DNA from: Sinorhizobium meliloti
GTDB taxonomy: Bacteria > Pseudomonadota > Alphaproteobacteria > Rhizobiales > Rhizobiaceae
DNA: 32,000 nt
Assembly: GCF_017876815.1 (NCBI RefSeq)
Contig: NZ_JAGIOS010000003.1
Span: 840,001 to 872,000 of the forward strand
Reading direction: 5' to 3'
Shown here: piece after piece, positions 1 to 9,013 of the stretch
Layout: every line of letters begins with the position of its first letter
How positions within the stretch are numbered: the first letter of the stretch is position 1
Position numbers and translations under genes: made by a program
Notes under the pieces: model-generated
What the model was told of the DNA's origin: nothing
Seen by the model: only the letters and a program-made list of their open reading frames with translations
Databases searched by the model: none

Positions 1-166
1 GCCCGTTGGTAATGGCGACCGCTGCGGTCTGCTGAGAGCGCGCGTCGGGAGCCTTCATATTGCTCCAGGCCGGACGTTCCGGCGCGGTTGCCTGCTCGTT
101 CGTGGCCGGAGCAGCATAGGCGCCGCCCGTGACAGCTGGAAAGGCCCCGAAGTCGGTGGTGGACAT
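1..166 (-). CDS. Probable second ABC-transporter permease (DppC/OppC position); only the N-terminal 55 codons are in the window
   Basis: ATG at 166..164 overlaps the TGA (166..168) of the upstream permease in an ATGA junction. The frame stays open to base 1 (MSTTDFGAFPAVTGG...AAVAITNG). The product is inferred from operon position only; no diagnostic motif is visible in this short piece. Confidence 0.4.
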   Translation of the reverse strand, partial: MSTTDFGAFPAVTGGAYAAPATNEQATAPERPAWSNMKAPDARSQQTAAVAITNG

Positions 167-1152
167 CAGCGAGCTCCTATTCGGGGATCGAGCCAGGCGT
201 GGACGAGGTCCACTGCCGCGTTGGCGATGATGACGAGAAGAGAGGACAGGAGCAGGATGCCGAGCAGCACGGTGAAATCCCGGCCCATGACCGCCTCGAA
301 GGCGAGGCGACCTAGACCCGGCCAGCTATAGACGGTTTCCACCACCACCGCGCCGCCGAGCATGCCGCCGATGTGCATTCCAGCCATGGTCGTGATCGGG
401 ATCAGCGCGTTTCGCAGAATGTGCCTCGCTGTCACGCCAAACGGCGTCAGACCCTTGGCATAGGCGGTGCGCACGAAATCATGGTTCTTGACTTCGAGCA
501 TGGCAGCGCGTGTCAGCCGCGCATAGATCGCGACGTAGAAGAGCGCGAGCGAGGTCGCTGGCAGCACCATGTAGCGCGCCTTATCGAGCAGTGCCGGGAA
601 CCCTTTCAACTGCGAGCCGATCGTCGCCGCGCCGCCGCTCGGCAGCCAACCGAGTTTGACCGAGAAGAGCACGATCAGCATCAGGCCGATCCAGAAGCTC
701 GGGATCGAGTAAAAGAGCAGCGAGAAGATTGACAGCAGGCGGTCCGGGATCCGTCCTGCAAAGCTTGCCATTAGCGATCCCAACACGACCCCGAGAAGGA
801 TGGCAATGAAGAGCGCAACCGCCATCAGCGTCAGTGTTCCCGGCAGGCGCTGGACAATCAGGTCGGCAACCGGCATGCCGTAGCGCGGTGAAAATCCAAG
901 ACTGAACTGAGCGAGGTTGCCGAGGTAGGTCGCCAATTGCTCGAGCACCGGACTATCCAGCCCGAAGCGGGCTCTCAGCGCCGCAACACTCTCTTCCGTC
1001 GCCGAACCCGCCTCGCCGGCCAGAACATCCGCCGCGTCACCAGGTGCCAACTGCAAAAGGAAGAAGTTCAGGATCACGATTCCGAGGATCGTCGGAACCG
1101 CCTGCAGAAGTGTTCGTCGAAGCGTTCGCGCAATTCTGATCAGCACCGGCAT
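166..1152 (-). CDS. ABC transporter permease, DppB/OppB/NikB type
   Basis: Lies in ORF 166..1260. The internal ATG at 1152 is preceded by GGAGAGG 8 nt upstream. The N-terminus MPVLIRIARTLRRTLLQAVPTILGIVILNFFLLQLAPGD and the EAA-loop-like RTAYAKGLTPFGVTARHILRNALIP, plus several hydrophobic spans, are typical of this permease family. Confidence 0.85.
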   Translation of the reverse strand: MPVLIRIARTLRRTLLQAVPTILGIVILNFFLLQLAPGDAADVLAGEAGSATEESVAALRARFGLDSPVLEQLATYLGNLAQFSLGFSPRYGMPVADLIVQRLPGTLTLMAVALFIAILLGVVLGSLMASFAGRIPDRLLSIFSLLFYSIPSFWIGLMLIVLFSVKLGWLPSGGAATIGSQLKGFPALLDKARYMVLPATSLALFYVAIYARLTRAAMLEVKNHDFVRTAYAKGLTPFGVTARHILRNALIPITTMAGMHIGGMLGGAVVVETVYSWPGLGRLAFEAVMGRDFTVLLGILLLSSLLVIIANAAVDLVHAWLDPRIGAR

Positions 1153-1449
1153 CGATGTCGCCTCTCCATTTGGCTGTCCGCCAACGGCGAACCTGCACCT
1201 CGGCCTGATCTTTCGCCGCCGAATGATTTTATAGTTGACTAAATACATAGGCTTTGTCAAATGTGTTTTAGCAATTTCACCCTGCGGCTGGCTGATTACC
1301 GGAACACCATTCCAGTGTTTACGGCCAACCCCGAGATTTGAAGAATTTCAATCCTGCATGAGCACAGTTCTCGCAATGGCCGACTAGGAAGACGCGCTCG
1401 AACGAAAAACGCTTCCCGGCACAGCCCATCAGAGACAGCGGAGGATCCC
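1153..1449. promoter_or_regulatory. Divergent control region between the ABC permease genes and the dsz-like operon
   Basis: 297-bp gap between divergent starts. An AT-rich core contains TTGAC-N16-GTCAA (1235..1260), which could supply back-to-back -35 boxes. An inverted repeat TTGAAgaatTTCAA sits at 1338..1351, and GGAGGA at 1440..1445 precedes the GTG start at 1450. No regulator gene for it is seen in the window. Confidence 0.35.
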
Positions 1450-2490
1450 GTGACACGCAAGAATGCCATCTCACACATCTGGTACACGCGCTGCCCCGTG
1501 CCGACACCTATGGGGCTTGCCACCCAGCTTGGCCTCCTCGACACGGCATTTGCCGCCGAGGGCATCAAGCTGAACTCGATCATCGACAGCAAGGATCGCT
1601 CCATCCGGTCTAGCCATTTCGATCACCATCTCGACTATTCGTTTCGCCATGGCGGCAATGTCCCGCCGATTCGCGCCCGCTCGGAAGGCAATCCGACGCG
1701 GCTGGTCGGCATCACCTGGACAGACGAGTTCCAGGCGATCATCACGCTGTCCGAAACCGGGATCAAAACGACACGCGACCTCGTCGGCCGGCGCTTCGGC
1801 ATTGCGCGTCGCCCACCTGGGATCGTCGACTTCATGGCCGCTACCGCTCTGAAGGGCCTCGTTTCCGCTCTCTCGCTCGACGGGCTCGCACCCTCCGACG
1901 TCGAGATCGTCGACATCCCGCTTTCCGAAAGCGTGCTCGACGGCAGAGAGGGGCCGCAGCTCTACGGCCTCAGAAACCGTCAGGCCTATGGCCCCGAAAT
2001 TGCGGCGCTGCTGCGCGGAGAGGTGGATGCCATCTATGTCAAAGGCACGCCCGGCATTGCCGTTGCCAACCTGTTCGCGGCCCACACGGTCGCAGAATTC
2101 GGCTTCCACCCCGACCCAAAAATCCGCATCAATTCCGGCTCCCCACGGGTACTGACCGTGGACGAGCGACTGGCGGAACATCGTCCTGATCTCGTCGCCA
2201 AGCTGATCGCGACTTTGAATCAGGCCGGCGCCTGGGCCGAGGAGCATCCCGACGAGGTGCGCCGCTTCGTTGCCCGCGAAGTCGGCGCTTCAGAAGAGGT
2301 CGTTGCCGCGGCCAACGGCCCCGATCTGCACAAACATCTCGGCATCGGCCTCGAACCGGAACTCGTCGCTGCGATCGGGCACTACAAGGACTTCCTGCAT
2401 GAATGGGGGTTCCTCGAATGCAACTTCGACATCAACGCATGGGTCGACCACCGCCCCTGGGCGGAGCTCGACGTCCGCACTGTCGCCTGA
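1450..2490 (+). CDS. DszB-family (2'-hydroxybiphenyl-2-sulfinate desulfinase-like) protein, paralog 1; periplasmic-binding-protein fold but no signal peptide
   Basis: GTG start 4 nt after GGAGGA. WYTRCPVP, SSHFDHHLDYSFRHGGNVPP, TRLVGIT and LVGRRFGIA line up with my recollection of Rhodococcus DszB (YSNCPVP with catalytic Cys27, VHFTYDQPAYTRFGGEIPP, TRLLGIT, LAGRRIGVS). Similarity continues to the C-terminus. The N-terminus is hydrophilic, so the protein is cytoplasmic. Confidence 0.75.
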   Translation: MTRKNAISHIWYTRCPVPTPMGLATQLGLLDTAFAAEGIKLNSIIDSKDRSIRSSHFDHHLDYSFRHGGNVPPIRARSEGNPTRLVGITWTDEFQAIITLSETGIKTTRDLVGRRFGIARRPPGIVDFMAATALKGLVSALSLDGLAPSDVEIVDIPLSESVLDGREGPQLYGLRNRQAYGPEIAALLRGEVDAIYVKGTPGIAVANLFAAHTVAEFGFHPDPKIRINSGSPRVLTVDERLAEHRPDLVAKLIATLNQAGAWAEEHPDEVRRFVAREVGASEEVVAAANGPDLHKHLGIGLEPELVAAIGHYKDFLHEWGFLECNFDINAWVDHRPWAELDVRTVA

Positions 2491-2503
2491 ACGAGAGCAA
2501 CCG

Positions 2504-3736
2504 ATGACCGATCCCAAACGTTTTGCACCGGTGCTTGCCAAGGCCGAAGAGCTTGGAAAGCGCTTCGCCCTGACAGCACGCCACTACGATGAAACAGGCG
2601 AATTCCCATTTGCCAACTTCGACGCGTTGCATGAGGCGGGACTGCTTGGCCTGGTGACTGCGACGGAGCATGGCGGTCTCGGTGGCGGACTGACGGACGC
2701 GCTCGCCGTCGTTTCGGCAATTGCCCGTGGCGAGCCCTCGACCGCTCTCGTCCTTTCGATGCACTACAACCAGCACTATTCGGTGCGCACCTCAGGCAAA
2801 TGGCCGCCGCACCTTGTCGAGCGTGTCACCAGAGCCAATCGGGAGGGTGTGGCGTTGATCAATGCTGCCCAGGTGGAGCCGCGCGTCGGCTCTCCATCGC
2901 ATGGGTCGTTGCCGGAAACCATTGCTCGGCGCGTTGGCGACCAGTGGCGCATCACCGGCCACAAGACCTACGCGACCGGCATTCCGCTTCTGCGCTGGGT
3001 GGCTGTCCTTGCTGTTACCGACGAGCCGGAGCCGCGACTGGGCTCGTTCCTCGTGCCGACGTCGGCCGACGGCATCCGCGTCGAAAAGACCTGGAACGCA
3101 ACGGGTATGCGGGCAACCAACAGCGACGACCTGATCCTTGATGACGTGGCGATCCCGCTCGAGGATGTTCTCGAAATCGCGCCGGCGAGCGAGGGCCTGA
3201 AACGCGACGAACGCATGGGCGCCTGGTATTTCAGTCTCGTCCCCGCGATCTACGACGGCGCGGCACGCGGCGCACGCGACTGGTTGATCGACTTTACCAC
3301 CTCGCGAGCGCCGGCAAGCCTCGGCGCTCCCCTCTCAACCGTTCCCCGCATCCAGGATGGGCTTGGCGAGATCGAGGTCCTCCTGACGGTCAATCGCCGG
3401 CTTCTGCGCTCGATCGCCGAGGATTTTGACAGCGGACGCGCCTTCGGGGCTGACGCCGCCGCGGTCAAACACACGGTGATCGCCAATGCGATCACGGTGA
3501 CGACGCTTGCCCTTGAGCTTGGCGGCAATCCCGGCATCAGCCGCGACAATCCGCTGGAACGTCACCATCGTGACGCGCTCTCTGGCAAGGCGCACGCGCC
3601 GCAGAACAACCTCATCCGGATGATGCTCGCCAAAGCCGCATTCAGCCGCCACGCCGCAACGCACGCTGTCGCGCTCGATCCGGTGCCCGTCCGCTCTCAC
3701 CAGCAACCCCGTCTTGCCGTCGTCGGCCGCAGCTAG
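2504..3736 (+). CDS. Acyl-CoA-dehydrogenase-fold flavin-dependent monooxygenase (DszC/SfnB-like by context)
   Basis: The track ORF starts at 2270 but that part overlaps the previous gene. The in-frame ATG at 2504 gives MTDPKRFAPVLAKAEELGKRF..., a typical ACAD type-2 N-terminus (HEAGLLGLVTATEHGGLGG). Length is 410 aa, with a 13-nt gap to the upstream gene. Confidence 0.8.
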   Translation: MTDPKRFAPVLAKAEELGKRFALTARHYDETGEFPFANFDALHEAGLLGLVTATEHGGLGGGLTDALAVVSAIARGEPSTALVLSMHYNQHYSVRTSGKWPPHLVERVTRANREGVALINAAQVEPRVGSPSHGSLPETIARRVGDQWRITGHKTYATGIPLLRWVAVLAVTDEPEPRLGSFLVPTSADGIRVEKTWNATGMRATNSDDLILDDVAIPLEDVLEIAPASEGLKRDERMGAWYFSLVPAIYDGAARGARDWLIDFTTSRAPASLGAPLSTVPRIQDGLGEIEVLLTVNRRLLRSIAEDFDSGRAFGADAAAVKHTVIANAITVTTLALELGGNPGISRDNPLERHHRDALSGKAHAPQNNLIRMMLAKAAFSRHAATHAVALDPVPVRSHQQPRLAVVGRS

Positions 3737-3745
3737 GAGTTTTGG

Positions 3746-4780
3746 ATGTCCTCCCTCTCTTCCGTCTGGTACACGCGCTGCCCCGCCCCCAGCCCGCTGT
3801 CGATTGCCCATCAGCTCGGCTGGGTCGACAAACAGTTTCAGAGCGCCGGCGTTGCCGTCCGCTCGATCCGCGACAGCAAGGATCCGTCGGTCCGCCAAAG
3901 CCATTTTACTCATGCGCTGGATTACTCGTTTCGGCAGGGTGGCAACATTCCACCGATCTGGGCGCGGTCTGGCGGGCGCGAGACACGCGTCGTAGGCATC
4001 ACCACCACAGACGAGTTCCAGGCGATCGTAGCACTTCCAGGTTCCGGCATTCTCGCCGCGAGTGACCTGAAAGGCCGCCGCATCGGGGTACCGCGCAAAC
4101 CCAATTCCGAGGTCGTCGATTTCCAGCGCGCCACCGCGTTGAAGGGCATCGTTTCAGCCCTTTCACTCGGCGGCCGCGATCACGGCGATGTCGAACTCGT
4201 CCCTCTCGATACCGACGAGGGCAACCTGATCGAACGCGGCAATGCCGCCTTCCTCGGCTTGAAGCGCCGATATCCCTATGGCGATGAACTGCTGGCTCTG
4301 GCCTCAGGCAAGATCGACGCCTTCTTCGTCAAGGGCGCGGAAGGCATCGTGCTCGCCAACCAGATCGGCGCAGTGGTGGTATCGGAGTTCGGCTTCCATC
4401 CGGATGCGAAGATCCGCATCAACAACGGCACGCCCCGGCCACTGACGGTCGACGCACGCTTCCTCGACGAACATTTCGACCTTGTCGTCGATCTCGTGGC
4501 GACTGTCGCGCGCGTCGGCGAATGGGCGGTTTCCAACCCGGATACAGCAGTCCGGTTCATCGCGAACGAGATCGGCGTCGGCGAGGATGCGGTCTGGGCA
4601 GCCAATGGACCGAACGTCCATCGCCACCTCGCTCTCACATTGGACGACGAACAGATCGCCGCGTTCGATCACTTCAAACGCTTCCTTCTCGATTGGGGCT
4701 TCATTCCCAAAGATTTCGACGTCTTCGGCTGGATCGACGAGAAGCCGTTACAGGCTGCGTTGCGGCGGACAGCCGCATGA
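3746..4780 (+). CDS. DszB-family desulfinase-like protein, paralog 2
   Basis: AGGAG lies 6 nt upstream of the ATG. It has the same motifs as paralog 1 (WYTRCPAP, QSHFTHALDYSFRQGGNIPP, TRVVGIT, LKGRRIGVP) and is roughly half identical to it by eye. No signal peptide. Confidence 0.75.
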   Translation: MSSLSSVWYTRCPAPSPLSIAHQLGWVDKQFQSAGVAVRSIRDSKDPSVRQSHFTHALDYSFRQGGNIPPIWARSGGRETRVVGITTTDEFQAIVALPGSGILAASDLKGRRIGVPRKPNSEVVDFQRATALKGIVSALSLGGRDHGDVELVPLDTDEGNLIERGNAAFLGLKRRYPYGDELLALASGKIDAFFVKGAEGIVLANQIGAVVVSEFGFHPDAKIRINNGTPRPLTVDARFLDEHFDLVVDLVATVARVGEWAVSNPDTAVRFIANEIGVGEDAVWAANGPNVHRHLALTLDDEQIAAFDHFKRFLLDWGFIPKDFDVFGWIDEKPLQAALRRTAA

Positions 4781-5655
4781 GCGAGAGGCCGATCCTCGTT
4801 ACCGGCGCCACGGGCAAGCTCGGCCGACTCGTCGTCGAACGGCTCGTGGCGTTCGGACAACCGGTTCGCGTCTTTACCCGGCGCCCCGAGGCTGCAGGTG
4901 CCCTGTTCGGCAAGACCGTGCAGATCGCCGCCGGCGATTTCGGCGACCGCACTTCGCTCGAAACGGCCGTTCGGGGCGTAGCGCGGCTTCTTCTTCTGTC
5001 GCCGATCAGCGCCAGGCTCGTCACGGATCAGGTCGCTGCTGCCGATGCAGCCGTCGCTGCAAACGTTGCTCGCATCGTCAAGATTTCGGGCTCCGACTGG
5101 ACGATCGAACCGGCGGGCAATTCGATATCCGGTGATGCCCATGCTGCCGTCGAACGGCACTTGGGAAGCCTGCCGATCGAGGCGGTTTCGCTTCGGCCCA
5201 ATGCCTGGATGCAGGTCTCGCTCGCCAACATCATCAGGCAGGTAGTCACGAGTGATCAGGTCGTCGCAGCAAACCTCGACGCTGGTATCGGCTACATCGA
5301 CGCGCGCGACATCGCCGATGTCGCCGTGCAACAGCTCCTTGCTGATCGTCTCGATGGCCGCACGCTCAACCTTACCGGTCCGGACATCGTCTCGTTCCGG
5401 CAGATCGCCTCTCTCATGGCCGCCGCGTTGAAACGGTCGGTGGCAGCACTCGAGGAGCCGCCACAGATTGTTCCCCAAGATGGTGACTTCGAGCATCGCG
5501 CCGTTGCGCAATTCGTAAGGTTGATCGCTGCCGGCCGCGCCGCGACGACGACCGACGTCGTGCGGACGCTGCTTGGCCGCTCGCCCCGTACCGTCGCCGC
5601 CTTCATCTTAGAACAGGTCGCTCCGGCGGCTGCAGTCCCCGAGTATCAGCCATGA
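4777..5655 (+). CDS. NmrA-like / atypical SDR NAD(P)-binding protein
   Basis: ATGA overlap with the upstream stop. MSERPILVTGATGKLGRLVVERL is a Rossmann GxxGxxG motif. The longer track ORF from 4522 overlaps the previous gene and was trimmed. Confidence 0.75.
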   Translation: MSERPILVTGATGKLGRLVVERLVAFGQPVRVFTRRPEAAGALFGKTVQIAAGDFGDRTSLETAVRGVARLLLLSPISARLVTDQVAAADAAVAANVARIVKISGSDWTIEPAGNSISGDAHAAVERHLGSLPIEAVSLRPNAWMQVSLANIIRQVVTSDQVVAANLDAGIGYIDARDIADVAVQQLLADRLDGRTLNLTGPDIVSFRQIASLMAAALKRSVAALEEPPQIVPQDGDFEHRAVAQFVRLIAAGRAATTTDVVRTLLGRSPRTVAAFILEQVAPAAAVPEYQP

Positions 5656-6902
5656 CCATACCCCTCGTCGACGTCGCCATCATCGGTGGAGGACCGGGCG
5701 GTCTCGCCCTGGCACAGGGCTTGAAGAAGAATGGCATTGACACCGCCGTTTTCGAGCGTGACCCGGTTCGTGCAGACTATGTGCAGGGTTTTCGCATGCG
5801 GATCCGGCAACGGGGTATCGACGCGCTCGAGGCGAACCTGCCGGCTCATCTCTTTCAAGCCTTCCTTGATACGCTCGGAATTGCGCCAACGGAAAACCTC
5901 GCCCTCGACGAAACATTCCACCGGCAGGAAAACGCAAGTCAGGGATCAGGCGATCTCGAGGATACGCATATAGAAAAGTCGGTCAGCCGCATCACGCTGC
6001 GCCAGATCCTTCTGTTCGGTCTCGAGGACATTTTCCATACCGGCAAGCGGTTCGAGCGCTACGAGCGGCTGGCCGACGGAACCGTGCTTGCGCATTTCGC
6101 CGACGGCTCGGCCATACGCGCCAACCTTTTGGTCGGCGCTGACGGTGCCGGTTCGGCGGTCCGCCGCCAGCTGTTGCCTCACCTCAAGAGCATCGACACG
6201 GGCGTCCGCCGGCTGGCCGGCAAGATCACCCTCGCCGCGGCGGCCCGACACGGCATCTCGCCGCTTCTTACCGAGTTCAACACCAACATTCGCCCGCGCG
6301 ACGGCCGGGGCCTGATGATCACCAGCCACCGGGTCGATCCTTCCGCCTATGCCCGTCACGATCTCATTGGCAGCGAGGATCCCGACCATGCCGACATCCC
6401 CGGCTTCCACTTCAACAACTCCACTAGCTACACTTGGTGGAACACTGCCTACGACACGGACGAGCTCGGGCCGGATGCGGTACTCGAAACGCTCGACGGA
6501 GCGGCCCTGCTCGAAACGCTCCTTCGGCATATTGGTCACTGGGACGAGCGCATCCTGAAGCTCATTCGCCACAGCGACCCGTCAACGGTCGCCTTCCTCA
6601 AGGTCAAGAGCTCCACGCCCGGCGCGGTGTGGCAAAGCGGTCCGGTGACGCTGCTCGGCGACGCGATTCACGCGATGACCTATTTCCGCGCGCTTGGCGG
6701 CAACACCGCCCTTTACGATACCGGCTTGCTCGTTCGCGAGCTCGTGGCTGCGCGGCGCAATGGCAAGCCGCCGCTCGCCGCAGTGAACGACTACGAAAAC
6801 GCCATGCGCGAGCACGGCTACGAAGCCGTGCGGTCCTCACTTTCAGCCATGCAGCGTAATGTCGGTGCCAATCGGCCGCTGAAGGCCATACCTCACCTCT
6901 AG
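5652..6902 (+). CDS. FAD-dependent aromatic-ring monooxygenase (group A flavoprotein hydroxylase)
   Basis: ATGA overlap with the upstream gene. VAIIGGGPGGLALA is a dinucleotide-binding motif and LLGDAIHAM is a GDAxH motif. Length is 416 aa. Confidence 0.85.
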   Translation: MTIPLVDVAIIGGGPGGLALAQGLKKNGIDTAVFERDPVRADYVQGFRMRIRQRGIDALEANLPAHLFQAFLDTLGIAPTENLALDETFHRQENASQGSGDLEDTHIEKSVSRITLRQILLFGLEDIFHTGKRFERYERLADGTVLAHFADGSAIRANLLVGADGAGSAVRRQLLPHLKSIDTGVRRLAGKITLAAAARHGISPLLTEFNTNIRPRDGRGLMITSHRVDPSAYARHDLIGSEDPDHADIPGFHFNNSTSYTWWNTAYDTDELGPDAVLETLDGAALLETLLRHIGHWDERILKLIRHSDPSTVAFLKVKSSTPGAVWQSGPVTLLGDAIHAMTYFRALGGNTALYDTGLLVRELVAARRNGKPPLAAVNDYENAMREHGYEAVRSSLSAMQRNVGANRPLKAIPHL

Positions 6903-6920
6903 CATCAGGAAAGCTTGATC

Positions 6921-7571
6921 ATGCCCATCGTCGTCTTCGGTGCTTCCGGAAACATCGGTAGCGACATCCGCAAAGAGGCCTTGTCGCGCGGGCACCGCGT
7001 GACAGCCGTGACGCATTCCGCAGACCTGGAGCCTGCCGAACGCCTCACGGCGCTGAAGGCGGATATCGCTGATCCGGAGGAAGTGGCAAGGATCGTCGTC
7101 GGTCACGATGCGGTCATCAGCGCCTACAGCCCCGGTCTGCGCCGCCATTCGGCGGAGGATGCCGCTGTTCTCATCGAGAAAGCGCATGCTTCCCTTTTCG
7201 AAGGCGTCAAGTGCGCCGGCGTCCGCCGCATCCTCATCGTTGGCGGGGTTGGAAGCCTTCAGGCAAGTCCCGGCGTCGACGTCGTCGACAGCGATTTCTA
7301 CCCCGCGGACCACAGGGCCCACACGCTGCGCAACCGCGAGATCCTGCGCAGCCTCAGGCGCGGCGAGCACGACCTTGACTGGACTTATGTCTCCCCGCCT
7401 CTTTCCATCAAGGCGGGCGAGCGAACCGGCCGTTTCAGGCTCGGCGAAGATGCGCTCCTGCGTGACGAAGCAGGAGAGAGCCGCATCTCCGACGCCGATT
7501 TCGCCATAGCCATCGTCGATGAACTCGACAAGGGACAATTCATCCGCCGCCGCTTCACCGCGGCCTATTGA
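6921..7571 (+). CDS. NAD(P)H-binding protein (flavin-reductase / BVR-B-like SDR)
   Basis: ATG at 6921 lies 10 nt after AGGA; the track uses a TTG at 6915. IVVFGASGNIGSDI is a Rossmann motif. The size (~216 aa) is typical of NAD(P)H-binding oxidoreductases. Confidence 0.75.
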   Translation: MPIVVFGASGNIGSDIRKEALSRGHRVTAVTHSADLEPAERLTALKADIADPEEVARIVVGHDAVISAYSPGLRRHSAEDAAVLIEKAHASLFEGVKCAGVRRILIVGGVGSLQASPGVDVVDSDFYPADHRAHTLRNREILRSLRRGEHDLDWTYVSPPLSIKAGERTGRFRLGEDALLRDEAGESRISDADFAIAIVDELDKGQFIRRRFTAAY

Positions 7572-7586
7572 AGGACCTTCAATCGC

Positions 7587-8888
7587 ATGCCCCGCAAGCT
7601 CAATCTGAATGTCGGCATCAACACCACCGGTTATCTGCCGGCAGCGTGGAAGTACCGCAGCGGCAACCGCCACGACATCTACGACCCCGGCTACTACAAG
7701 CGCTTGACCGAACTCGCCCATCGGGGTCTGTTCGACGCGGTGTTTTTTTCCGATCATCCCGCATTGATGACCGATCCGAATAGCCGTCCATTCCATACCA
7801 TTGACCCGCTGATCCTCTGTACGGCGCTCGCAGCGCAGGTGCCCGATATCGGCTTCGTCGCAACGATGTCCTCCACCTACAACTCGCCGTACAACCTGGC
7901 CCGCCGGACCCAGTCGACGGACATCGTTTCGGGCGGGAGGCTGATCATCAATATCGTCTCGTCCTTCAACCCGAACGTGGCGGCCAACTTCGGCTCCGCA
8001 CCGCTGCCTCCGCGCAGCGAGCGCTACGCGAAGGCTTCCGAATTTCTCGACGTCGCCAAGAAGCTTTGGGCAAGCTGGGATCCTGCCCGAGAAGGCCATG
8101 TGCCCGACGAACGTTTCTGGGATGCAGGTAGTGCGCATGCGATCGACCACGAGGGCGATCATTTCACGGTTAAGGGACCGTTGAATGTTCCCCGCGGCCC
8201 GCAAGGCCATCCGGTCATTGCGCAAGCAGGCGCCTCCGAGGGCGGCATCGAACTCGCCGCCCGCCATGGCGAGATCATCTATTGCAACATCCTCTCCCGC
8301 CCAGCCGGCCAGGCCTTCGGCAAGAGGGTCAGGGATCGCGCTGCAGGCCTCGGCCGCGATCCCAAGGGCATCCGGATCGTGCCCGGGGTAGTGGTCATCC
8401 TCGGCGAGACGAAAGAAGAAGCACTGCGTAAACACGAGCTCTTCAGCGGCGCAGGTTCGGAAGACGGCCTGATCGCGCGGTTCATAAAGGAGAACGGCAT
8501 CGATCCGGATGGTTTCAATCCGGATGCAGTGCTGGACGCCGAACGCTTCATCCCGGATCCCAACCGCCTGCAGGCGGTCGGCATGGGGTTGGGGCTTTCC
8601 GATCTTCTGACGCATGAGAAATTGACGGCAAGGCAAGTGGTACGCCGCTCCGAGGGCCATCATCGGCTACTGCTCGGGACCGCAGAAGAGGTAGCTGATG
8701 CGCTCATTGATTTATGGGACGACGGCACCGTCGACGGCTACACGCTTCAGCCGCCAAGAGCACCAGACGATATCGAGGAATTCGTGGACAAAGTAGTCCC
8801 GATCCTCCAGGACCGCGGAGTTTATCGCAGCCGTTACGAGGAGCGCACCGTCCGCGAACGCTACGGTTTGCCGTTTCCAGCAGATTGA
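7587..8888 (+). CDS. LLM-class FMNH2-dependent monooxygenase, NtaA/SnaA/DszA family
   Basis: 433 aa. YAKASEFLDVAKKLWASWD, GPLNVPRGPQGHPVIAQAG and the C-terminal FVDKVVPILQDRGVYRSRYEERTVRERYGL parallel DszA as I recall it ([46 protein letters not shown]). Confidence 0.85.
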   Translation: MPRKLNLNVGINTTGYLPAAWKYRSGNRHDIYDPGYYKRLTELAHRGLFDAVFFSDHPALMTDPNSRPFHTIDPLILCTALAAQVPDIGFVATMSSTYNSPYNLARRTQSTDIVSGGRLIINIVSSFNPNVAANFGSAPLPPRSERYAKASEFLDVAKKLWASWDPAREGHVPDERFWDAGSAHAIDHEGDHFTVKGPLNVPRGPQGHPVIAQAGASEGGIELAARHGEIIYCNILSRPAGQAFGKRVRDRAAGLGRDPKGIRIVPGVVVILGETKEEALRKHELFSGAGSEDGLIARFIKENGIDPDGFNPDAVLDAERFIPDPNRLQAVGMGLGLSDLLTHEKLTARQVVRRSEGHHRLLLGTAEEVADALIDLWDDGTVDGYTLQPPRAPDDIEEFVDKVVPILQDRGVYRSRYEERTVRERYGLPFPAD

Positions 8889-9013
8889 GGATAGGCCTTG
8901 TCGACCCGGCGTCAGAGGGCAAGCGGCTTGTCTTCCCGATTGCGAAAACTGGCTCTCACCACCTTTTCACCGCACATGAAGCAACGCCGCTTTGAAACGC
9001 GTGCTTTCCGCCT

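Noticed and set aside
2270-2503. Upstream 78 codons of the ACAD-fold ORF; similar 5' extensions at 4522, 12946, 19124, 21656 and 23885
   Set aside because: The extensions overlap the preceding gene or the intergenic region, are Ser/Arg/Pro-rich, and lack an SD. Internal starts give family-typical N-termini, often with ATGA coupling or a good SD.
6843-8663. 606-aa minus-strand ORF, the longest in the left half
   Set aside because: It runs antisense across the end of the FAD monooxygenase, the whole NAD(P)H-binding gene and most of the LLM monooxygenase, all of which have strong family signatures. Its own translation is low-complexity and Arg/Ala/Gly-rich with no motif. This is a typical high-GC shadow ORF.
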